A stretch of 61,730 nt of DNA from Kiritimatiellia bacterium (GTDB taxonomy: Bacteria > Verrucomicrobiota > Kiritimatiellia > RFP12 > UBA1067), in contig JAFXST010000089.1 of the NCBI GenBank assembly GCA_017525475.1, forward strand, positions 1 through 61,730. Reading direction: 5' to 3'. The translations under genes and the position numbers were made by a program. The notes under the pieces were generated by a model that did not search any database, was not told the origin of the DNA, and saw only the letters and a program-made list of their open reading frames with translations. Shown here piece after piece: positions 9,411-17,700 of the stretch (position 1 is its first letter; each line of letters starts with the position of its first letter).

Positions 9411-10344
9411 GGAGCTCAAGCGGGCGCTGCGGCGGCCGTTCGAGTGGCTGGGGATCGGCCTCGGGATGCTGATCCTCTCCAACCTCGACCATAAGGCGCT
9501 TTTCGCCTTGTGCGACTTTTGCTCGCGGGTGATGTTCCGCTTCGACCGGCGCGGCAAGGCGCGCTCGCTCGCCAACTTGCGCGTCATCTTCGGCGGGTCG
9601 GGCCCCATGACCCGCCGCGAAGAACTGATCATCCGCGGCAGCTACCGCAACATGGCCCGCACGGTGGGGCACGTGTTCTGGACCAGCAAGCATGCGGCCG
9701 CGCGCGTGGCGCAGGTAGGCGAGATGTGTCCGGAAGGGCACAAGTGGCTGCAGGAGAAGAAGCAGGCGGTCACGGTCTCGGGCCATATCGGCTGCTGGGA
9801 GATCCTGGCGCAGCTCGTGCACCTCGAGGGCCTGCAGATGATTTCGGTCGCCAAGCGCATCGGCAGCCAGCGCATGACCGAGATGCTCATGGCCTCGCGC
9901 CGCTCGATCGGCGAAGAAATCGTCCCCGCCGACGGGGCGTTCAAGAGCTTGATGGCCGCCATGAAGGCGGGCAAGAGCCTGGGGCTCCTCGTCGACCAGA
10001 CGGTGCGCCCCAAAGACGGCGGCGTATGGATACGCTTCTTCGGGCGTCCGCTCCCAGTATCGGCCGCGCCGGCGTTCTTCTCGGCCCGGTTCAAGGCGCC
10101 CATCGTCACCGCCTGGTCGCGGCCGCTCAAAGACGGGCGCTACCGTTGCGAAGTCATCAACACCTACGAGAGCGAGGCGGCCAAAGACGTCTGGGCCATG
10201 ACCCAGCGCTGCGCCTGGGATCTGGAAGGCGTAATCCGCCGCCACCCGTCGCTGTGGGTGATGAACTACAATCTTTTCCGCAAGGTTCCCACCCCCGAAG
10301 ATCTCGCCACTCTCGCCGCGCGCGAAGCCAAGCTCCAGCGATGA
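9346..10344 (+). CDS. Lipid A biosynthesis (Kdo)2-lipid IVA acyltransferase family protein (LpxL/HtrB-like)
   Basis: N-terminal TM segment, [11 protein letters not shown], and the H-x4-E acyltransferase motif (GHIGCWE). The track start at 9346 is TTG and overlaps the previous gene; the next ATG (9466) would remove the TM helix. The start is uncertain. Confidence 0.7.
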   Translation: MPRSSPRALGRKSITPTPIRLKELKRALRRPFEWLGIGLGMLILSNLDHKALFALCDFCSRVMFRFDRRGKARSLANLRVIFGGSGPMTRREELIIRGSYRNMARTVGHVFWTSKHAAARVAQVGEMCPEGHKWLQEKKQAVTVSGHIGCWEILAQLVHLEGLQMISVAKRIGSQRMTEMLMASRRSIGEEIVPADGAFKSLMAAMKAGKSLGLLVDQTVRPKDGGVWIRFFGRPLPVSAAPAFFSARFKAPIVTAWSRPLKDGRYRCEVINTYESEAAKDVWAMTQRCAWDLEGVIRRHPSLWVMNYNLFRKVPTPEDLATLAAREAKLQR

Positions 10345-11756
10345 GCAGTTTGGCCAAAGCCGGGTGGAAGTTCCTGTTTGGCGGCCAAGGGCTGTCGCTC
10401 CGTACCGGCCGGTATTTTGGCGAATCCATCCTGGTGGGCGCGGTCACCGGCGTGGTGGTGGTGGGCTTCAGGTACTTGATCGGCCTCGCCAAAGATTACA
10501 TTATGGAGGATCTTGGCCACCACCGCTTTTTGACGCATCTCGCCCAGGGGCAGATTTTGAGCCCGGCCAAGTGCCTCGAGGATATCGGCGACTGGCATCG
10601 CTGGCTGATGCTGGTGTTGCCGGCGATCGGCGCGGTGCTGGGGTATCTCCTCATCAAGCTCTTTACCTCGGTGGAGCACGCGCGCGGCACCGGCAGCGCC
10701 ATTTGGGCCTACCACAACGCCAACGGGCACGTACCCGCCGCCGTAATTCCGGTCAAGGGCGTCGCCTCGGTGCTTACGGTGGGCTTTGGCGGCTCGGCCG
10801 GCTACGAAGGCCCGGTCACGCTCATCGGCGCGGCCTGCGGCAGCTCGATCGGGCGGCTCCTCAACCTCACCGTGCGCGGCCGGCGCATTCTGATGGCGGC
10901 TGGCCTCGCGGCCGGCATCTCGGCGCTGTTCCAGGCCCCGCTCGCCGGGGCGATGTTCGGCTTCGAGATTTTCTACTCCTCCTCCGATATCGAGTACGAA
11001 AACATTCTCCCCAGCTTCATCGCCTCGGCGGTCAGCTACTCGATCTTCGCCTGCTTCTACGGGTGGCACCCGCTCTTCGAAATGCCGGCCTGCGGCTACG
11101 AAAACGGCCTAAGGCTCTTCCCGTACTTTATTCTGGCGCTTATCATCACCTATGCGGTCCGGTTCTACATCAGCTTCTACAACGCCACCGAAGCGCGCTT
11201 CAAGGCCCTGAAAATTCCGGGGTTCTGCAAGGTGGCCCTGGGCGGCCTCGCCACCGGCGTCATCGGGTTTTTCATGCCCGATATCCTCGGCTCCAGCTAC
11301 TCGCTCATCGACGCCAGCCTCAAGTGCGGCTACGGCCATGTCTTCGAAGACTATGCGCCGGTGGCGATTATCGGCTTTCTCGCCTTTTTCTTCGTCAAGA
11401 CCGTGGCCACCGCCTTTACCGTAGGCTCGGGCGGCTCGGGCGGCCTCTTCGCCCCGGCGCTCGTCTGCGGCGGCACCCTGGGCGCGGCGGTGGGGCTTAT
11501 CTTCGACCGGCTCCTCCCCGCATCGTTCGGCATCCATCCGGCCGCCTTTGCGCTGGTGGGCATGGCGGGCTTCCTCGCCTCGGCGATCCGCATCCCCATG
11601 ACTTCGATCCTCATCGTGGCCGAAATCTCCGGCAACCATGCGCTCCTCTTGCCGGCCATGTGGGTGTGCGGCATCAGCTTCTGGCTCAACAGCGGCTGGA
11701 GCCTCTACCGTACCCAGCTCCACTGCCGCGAATCCTCCCCCGTCCACCGCGGCTGA
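10341..11756 (+). CDS. ClC-family voltage-gated chloride channel / H+-Cl- antiporter
   Basis: ATGA overlap with the upstream gene. The protein is multi-TM with GFGGSAGYEGP and GSGGSGGLFAPAL selectivity-filter-like motifs. Confidence 0.85.
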   Translation: MSSLAKAGWKFLFGGQGLSLRTGRYFGESILVGAVTGVVVVGFRYLIGLAKDYIMEDLGHHRFLTHLAQGQILSPAKCLEDIGDWHRWLMLVLPAIGAVLGYLLIKLFTSVEHARGTGSAIWAYHNANGHVPAAVIPVKGVASVLTVGFGGSAGYEGPVTLIGAACGSSIGRLLNLTVRGRRILMAAGLAAGISALFQAPLAGAMFGFEIFYSSSDIEYENILPSFIASAVSYSIFACFYGWHPLFEMPACGYENGLRLFPYFILALIITYAVRFYISFYNATEARFKALKIPGFCKVALGGLATGVIGFFMPDILGSSYSLIDASLKCGYGHVFEDYAPVAIIGFLAFFFVKTVATAFTVGSGGSGGLFAPALVCGGTLGAAVGLIFDRLLPASFGIHPAAFALVGMAGFLASAIRIPMTSILIVAEISGNHALLLPAMWVCGISFWLNSGWSLYRTQLHCRESSPVHRG

Positions 11757-11761
11757 GGTTT

Positions 11762-11993
11762 ATAGAACGCAAGTGCCGATCAGGTTGAACGCAAGCCGCT
11801 GGCGCGGCACGCTATAAGAGAGTTTGCATTCCCATGCCTCTGCGTTCCAACTAACCCTCACGTTCCCGAAAAATCCTCGCGGGGGGATGAAATAGGGCGG
11901 TAGAGGGGCCGGAGGAGGCCGGGCGGCGAGGCCGCCAATTTTCGCTTCCTTTGCCTTCAACGCCCGCCAAAGGCCGTTAAACCTTGGCTAAAG
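11762..11993. repeat. Direct repeat copy 1 (about 232 bp) flanking the ATPase cassette
   Basis: The 176-bp core 11807-11982 differs from 13345-13520 at only 4 positions by hand alignment. The looser 5' part carries two GAACGCAAG motifs (11765, 11787). The core contains the inverted partners TTGCATTCC and CTGCGTTCC and a GGCGGC-GAG-GCCGCC hairpin followed by AATTTT (11922-11942). Confidence 0.9.
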
Positions 11994-12038
11994 CCGCCCC
12001 AAAGAGCACTAAAATGCTTGCTTTATCTTAATTACCGC

Positions 12039-12067
12039 TTGCTTTCTCTACCAAAAAATGCTATAAT
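12039..12067 (+). promoter_or_regulatory. Putative promoter of the ATPase cassette
   Basis: TTGCTT (12039-12044), a 17-nt spacer ending in TGC, then TATAAT (12062-12067) followed by A. Confidence 0.5.
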
Positions 12068-12135
12068 ATTCCTCATCTCAACGGAATTAAGTGTGCAAAT
12101 CCAACACTTACTGTTGAAATTGCAAGGATAAATCT

Positions 12136-13293
12136 ATGGATAACTATATAAACCGAGCCTTGGAAGATAGCATTCGCTTGGGCCTTAAGCGCAATCCAGT
12201 GTTGGCGCTTTTGGGGCCTCGGCAATGCGGCAAGTCCACTTTGGTGCGCAAGCTTCGCCAGGAGTTTGCCGATTCTCTCTATCTGGATATGGAGCGCCCC
12301 TCGGATGTCGCCAAGTTGGCGGATCCGGAGTTGTTCTTGTCCCGTTGCCAAGACAAACTCGTCTGCATCGACGAAATTCAGCGGAGGCCAAACTTGTTTC
12401 CGGTCTTGCGCTCGTTGTGCGACGAATGGGGTGACAATGGCCATTTCCTGGTTTTAGGGTCGGCCTCGCGCGATCTCATTCGCCAAAGTTCCGAAACGCT
12501 GGCCGGTCGCATCCGTTACGAACGGCTTACGCCATTTCTTTATGGCGAACTGCCAGATTGCGATTGGCAGCGCTACCTTTATCGCGGAGGTTTCCCTCGT
12601 GCCTATCTTGCGTCTGACGATTCGGCGGCGCACGATTGGCTGGAATCCTTTATTCAAACGTTTCTCGAACGGGATTTGTCGTTCTGGCGCGAGTTTGTGC
12701 CCGAAACCATGCGCCGCCTATGGCGCATGCTGGCGCACGACAATGCGCAGATTGCCAATTTTGCCCGGCTTGCCGGCTCGCTGGGCGTGTCCGACATGAC
12801 GGTGCGGCGCTATCTCGATCTGCTCAAAGAAACATTTATGGTCGATGTAGTAAGCCCGTATTCTGCTAACCTCGGCAAGCGGTTAGTCAAGTCGCCCAAA
12901 GTGTACCTTGGCGATACCGGCATAACCTGTGCGCTGTTGGGTATGGCTTCGTTCGACGATCTCTACTCCAGCCCCGCTTTTGGCGGTTGCTGGGAACAGT
13001 TGGTGTTGGCCAATCTTCGTGGCGCATTTCCGCAGGCCGAAATCTGTTTCTACCGCACTTCCGGCGGTGCCGAAATCGATTTTGTGGTTTCAGGCAATGG
13101 CAAGACCGTGGCCGTGGAGTGCAAGGCATCTACTGTGCCATCTGTTGGCCGCGGAGTCTACGAGTCGCTTGAAGCAATTAGGCCAGATGCAGCTTTTGTG
13201 GTGGCGCCAATCGCCGAGCCCTATCCGCTCAACGATCGCATTACCGCCGTTCCGCTTTCGCACCTGCCAAAGCTATTTGACAACTTGCGCTAA
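12136..13293 (+). CDS. AAA+ ATPase with C-terminal DUF4143-type domain
   Basis: AAGGA RBS. Walker A GPRQCGKST, Walker B VCIDEIQ, and the length and layout of the COG1373 / DUF4143 ATPase family. Confidence 0.85.
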   Translation: MDNYINRALEDSIRLGLKRNPVLALLGPRQCGKSTLVRKLRQEFADSLYLDMERPSDVAKLADPELFLSRCQDKLVCIDEIQRRPNLFPVLRSLCDEWGDNGHFLVLGSASRDLIRQSSETLAGRIRYERLTPFLYGELPDCDWQRYLYRGGFPRAYLASDDSAAHDWLESFIQTFLERDLSFWREFVPETMRRLWRMLAHDNAQIANFARLAGSLGVSDMTVRRYLDLLKETFMVDVVSPYSANLGKRLVKSPKVYLGDTGITCALLGMASFDDLYSSPAFGGCWEQLVLANLRGAFPQAEICFYRTSGGAEIDFVVSGNGKTVAVECKASTVPSVGRGVYESLEAIRPDAAFVVAPIAEPYPLNDRITAVPLSHLPKLFDNLR

Positions 13294-13298
13294 TTATA

Positions 13299-13532
13299 TA
13301 TAGAGAACGCAAGCCGTTTTTGAGGAACGCAAGCGGCTAGCGCCGCACGCTATAAGAGAGCTTGCATTCCCATACCTCTGCGTTCCAACTAACCCTCACG
13401 TTCCCGAAAAATCCTCGCGGGGGGATGAAATAGGGCGGTAGAGGGGCCGGAGGAGGCCGGGCGGCGAGGCCGCCAATTTTCGCCTCATTTGCCTTCAACG
13501 CCCGCCAAAGGCCGTTAAACATTGGCTCAAGC
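13299..13532. repeat. Direct repeat copy 2 (about 232 bp)
   Basis: See copy 1. GAACGCAAG motifs at 13305 and 13325; core at 13345-13520. Confidence 0.9.
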
Positions 13533-13562
13533 GATTATGGCGATAATTGGGTCAAACAAGAC

Positions 13563-13576
13563 AAAAAAAAAAAAAA
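13563..13576. repeat. A14 homopolymer
   Basis: 14 consecutive A residues, 15 nt upstream of the -35 hexamer at 13591 and at the junction between repeat copy 2 and the AT-rich island. Confidence 0.95.
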
Positions 13577-13590
13577 CACCCATTTAGCAT

Positions 13591-13620
13591 TTGACGGCGA
13601 CCGCCGGCAAATGCTATAAT
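13591..13620 (+). promoter_or_regulatory. Putative promoter for the membrane-protein / giant-protein operon
   Basis: TTGACG (13591-13596), an 18-nt spacer ending in TGC, then TATAAT (13615-13620) followed by A. Confidence 0.55.
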
Positions 13621-13648
13621 ATAGGTAAATTTGGCAGAGGTTTTGCCT

Positions 13649-13715
13649 CTCCAGTTCGTGTTTAGACGGTTACGGGTTCTTAGCGGTTTCCCACAAGTCT
13701 AAACACGAACTCGAG
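13649..13715 (+). other. Long perfect hairpin in the roughly 230-nt 5' leader
   Basis: AGTTCGTGTTTAGAC (13653-13667) pairs perfectly with GTCTAAACACGAACT (13697-13711). That is a 15-bp stem with a 29-nt loop, extendable by 3 bp across one C-C mismatch. Confidence 0.7.
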
Positions 13716-13857
13716 CGGCAAGCCAAAGCCGAACCGCTACTAATCGCTAAAACAGTGCTACTGCATCTATGTGCCATAAATTGGTTATGCCCATTGACGA
13801 TTGCGCGTCCATACCAGCGCTATCGGTGGGGGCAACTGTAATCCGCGGAGGCTAGTC

Positions 13858-14772
13858 ATGGGGTTTAAGAAATTTATCAAGAAAGATGTGCAAACCAAAC
13901 GCGAGAATCTTTACGTTGATTGCTTCGTCAAAGGTTTAGGCGCATGTATCATTTTTGGGCTGATATGCTTTGTGGCCTATGCTGTAGCATGCAAATTGCT
14001 GACGAAATTCGGTGTACTGAATGCTAATTGGTTTTCTATCTCCTACTTCCATGGTGTCACATTGATTGCGTTATTGTCGTTGGCGGTTGCGGCAATATCC
14101 GTATATGTCACGATCAAGGTCAACGAGACCGTAAACTATCATTCCTTTAATACCCAATATGGCGGCAACGATATGCTGTCGGCAATACGCGCTGTTGGCG
14201 ATGTCGGGCGGCGTTGGACTGCATATTTCTGTGGTTCGCCAGATGGAGCCGGCTTTATTGCTCCGTATGTGTTCACTAGAAATGAAGATTACAATCCTAA
14301 TGACCGGCTGATCATAAAGAATATCAAATCTTTTGTTGTCGACAATAACCGCTACATGCCTTGGTCCGAGGAAGAAGATCGCGCCCGTAGAATGTTGAAG
14401 AATCATTTTTCCCAGGCCCTCGAGCTTTACCGAACGAGAAGGATAGGGAAAAGCGTTTTCCGCAATATTTGCGATAACGATTCATTGAGATTGCTTTTTG
14501 AGGTGGTAGAACCCATGGAGGCAATCATGAACGAGGAATACCATTTCAACGTATTCTACGAAATCATGGAGGCCATGAAAGACGAATGTCCTCGGCTCAG
14601 GGATATTACCAAGGCGCATGACTATACGCGCTATTATTGGGATGTTCCCAAAGAAAAAGGCGCCGAACCGCCACAGAAATCGTGGGTTAAAAGGAACGCT
14701 CCTTGTGTCAACGCAAATCCCAATAACACGGCAGGGCAAGAAGCCTCGCAAGAAAACAATCTCAAAAAGTAA
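13858..14772 (+). CDS. Hypothetical membrane protein (two predicted TM helices plus a soluble C-terminal domain)
   Basis: ATG 13858 follows GGAGG. There are hydrophobic stretches at about residues 25-45 and 60-85, and no family is recognisable by eye. AT-rich codon usage. Confidence 0.6.
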   Translation: MGFKKFIKKDVQTKRENLYVDCFVKGLGACIIFGLICFVAYAVACKLLTKFGVLNANWFSISYFHGVTLIALLSLAVAAISVYVTIKVNETVNYHSFNTQYGGNDMLSAIRAVGDVGRRWTAYFCGSPDGAGFIAPYVFTRNEDYNPNDRLIIKNIKSFVVDNNRYMPWSEEEDRARRMLKNHFSQALELYRTRRIGKSVFRNICDNDSLRLLFEVVEPMEAIMNEEYHFNVFYEIMEAMKDECPRLRDITKAHDYTRYYWDVPKEKGAEPPQKSWVKRNAPCVNANPNNTAGQEASQENNLKK

Positions 14773-14799
14773 GACGAGAGTAAGAAAGGAGTATGTTTT

Positions 14800-17700
14800 A
14801 TGAATAAGACATTGACTGGAATAACTGTTGCGCCTCTGACGCGTTTGTTCACGCTGGGGCTGTGCATTTTCGCAATCGGCCATGCCTGGGCGGCGGTAAA
14901 GCCGCTCGCCGTCTGGAATGGGGATTTTGTCGATAACAGCGAACGAGGTGGTTTTACATTTACCATCAATGGGAATGAGCAGCTTGGTGTTGACGGTGTT
15001 AAGATGGGCTCATCAAATGCACTGAAGTTTGATTATGATATTACCGCAACGAGGGTATACAACACAGGAACAAAGGCATATCCGATTTCTATCGTTGCAG
15101 CAATGTCAAACATTGTTGTGACAGCAAGTACACCAGAGTCTACCAGGACATTGTTTTCTATTTCTCAGTTTGCATCATCTGCTGCTAATCAGTCGGTAAA
15201 AGCCAATTTTTATTCTTTTTCGCTTAATCCAAAATCATCAACGGGCTATTATTTAGGTGGTGATGGCAATTTGACCCGTGTGACAGGTACTTCAAGTTAT
15301 GCTCCCGTGAATGTATTTGATAATGCTGATACATGGCACTATATGGCAATGAAGCATAGTGGCAATGTCGGCACTCGGGGATGTGAGATTTCTGCTGGTA
15401 ATAACTTTCGTGAACTGGTTTATGACTCAACGTTGAAGTGGGGCACTAACGATGGATGGGGCTATTGGGGTTTGACGGTTGGTGGCGCCGGCACTGCGAA
15501 CAACAATTGCACAGATGCTGTTGTGCGTTATGTAGCACTAATTCAATCAGATGCTGACACAGACGTCGAAGCGTGGTCATTAAGAAACATGACGCGGGCA
15601 GAGACGCTCACGAGTTCATCAACTTCGTTTACAGGAGGCGACAATGTCGGTGTAAACTTCAACGGTGGCACGATTACGGTCGCGTCCGCACAGACGGCGG
15701 CGGCGCTGTTTGTTCAAGAGTCCACGACGATTGCGATTAATGGTTCAGGAAAAATTACAACAACGGCAAACGGCCCATACCAGGGACCTCTATATATCGC
15801 GGACGGCAAGACGCTGACGGTTACCACGGACAAGGCGACGGAGGCAAATCTGCGTTCCGCTTTTGATGCCTCGCTTGGAACGGGAACGATTACGCTAATA
15901 GATGCTCCAGTATATGGAACTGTTGACCTCTCGAATATTACGTCCTCATTGCCGACAATTGACGGCTACACAATTGTGGCGACAAGTGATGAAAATGGTG
16001 TGCGCATAGTAATGTCTTTAAATGGCGTCAATTACACTGGAACTGTAACAGGCGAAGCGACCTGGGCGGACAAGACGAATATTTCTTCAACGGATACCTG
16101 GGCGAACAGCCCAAGTTCTACGATTACGCTTTGCAATGAGGCCGAGGCATCTTTGACATTTGATGAAGATGTAAACGCCGAGTCGCTTACACTGAATGGC
16201 ACGGGTAAAATAACGCTCAGCCGTGGCAACAATGTCAATGTGCGGATAGGTGACAACACAACGGCAGGCAAGGCTATAATCGTGAATACCGAGGCCGTGC
16301 TTGAGGATTTGGGGCAGGATGCAGCTGTCCGCATAACAGGTTCAAACAAGGCGACCCTAAAAGACTATACAGCATTCCCCGCCGGCAGTACATTGCCTAG
16401 CACAGGAACACTTCGCATGGAAAGCGATACTGTCACGCTGACGGCATTCCCGTGCGCGGGCGTGAATCTTGCGGGAACCGTAGAAGTTGACCAGTCGATT
16501 ACATTGACGGGAGATGGTTTTTATTTGTACGACAACAAGCCTGCCGTGAACATAGAAGGGGGAACGGATTCGTTCTCGAGATTTGTCCTTGGAAACAAAT
16601 CGTCTTACGACAATCCAACTCAAACCGTCACTCAGAACGGCGGATCGATAACAGTAACAGGCACTGCAGAGCCGACAAGCACAAGTGCAACTATGCTCCT
16701 TGGACACTGGCCCTCGACATCCTATCTATATACGCGCGGCGGTACATTTTCAGTTCCCAACGCAGCTGTTCGCATGGGATGGAATGGTGGCGCGACATGG
16801 GAAATCGGTGGAGGAACAGGGACTGCTACGGTAACGGTGCCAGGCATTCTAATCAGTAAGAATGGTACTGCCGGGCGAGGAACGGTGAATGTGGCGGCAA
16901 AAGGAACGCTGAACCTTGGTTCGTACGGTCTTCAGATGCAGTCAAGCGCGGGAACACTGAATCTCTCCGGCGGCACGATCAAGGCGACCACAGACACAAC
17001 CATTGCAAACAACAAGAGTGATGGCACTGTGCTTACGGCGTCAAAGGAGACAACAATAGATACAACAAGCGGCAACGTAACTATCTCCGCGCCGTTGAGT
17101 GGTTCGGGAAGTCTGAATGTGACCGGCGGCGGAACATTGACGATAACCGGAAGCGGAACAGCGTCTGGAGGAACCATCAAAGCGACAGACAGTACAATTG
17201 TCCTTAGCGGAAACGGGGCGAAGCCTGGCGATACGATGTATAGTTTGAAGAAGGCAAGTGGTTCGAGCACAACGGCGAAGCTTGAGATTCGCCCTGGCGA
17301 AGGCAATACGATAACCCTTGCTCCAACGCATATCATCAACTCCACTGATTCTGGAGCGCAAATAATCGTAGGTGCTGGAACGACGAAGATTGCACACACC
17401 CAGACAAACGCGGGATCTGGAACGTTTGGAGGCGCGGTTGTCAAAGTAGAGGACGGGGGTACGCTGGAAGTCAATAACATCAACTGGACGGTTGAAAATG
17501 TAACATACGGCCTTGAAATAGGTGCGTCCAGTAAGTTTGCGGTAAATGCGCTTTCAACAAATTGTCGCCCGATCACGATGGGCGAGGGCGCTACGCTCGA
17601 AGTCTCGAAGGGTAGCAGTTATTCGACAACGGATGGGGCGCTGAAACTGGATTTTAGAAATGGCAATGGCTTTACCGTAAACGGCAATGCTACAATTCAG

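Noticed and set aside
9510-10340. 748-aa version of the ClC ORF (track start at 9510)
   Set aside because: The first 277 codons overlap the acyltransferase gene out of frame and are Arg/Pro/Gly-rich. ClC-like sequence and TM segments begin at ATG 10341, which forms an ATGA overlap with the upstream stop.
11760-11960. Minus-strand ORFs 11760..11960 and 13337..13522 with near-identical peptides
   Set aside because: The peptide identity simply reflects the 232-bp nucleotide direct repeats. The sequences are Pro/Gly-rich, lack an RBS, and one copy starts at a different point than the other.
13563-13576. The A14 run as a poly(A) tail of a retro-element or as an integration scar
   Set aside because: There is no reverse transcriptase and there are no target-site duplications around it. 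Its position fits an UP-element or simple AT-rich island edge better. It is kept only as a possible slippage-prone tract.
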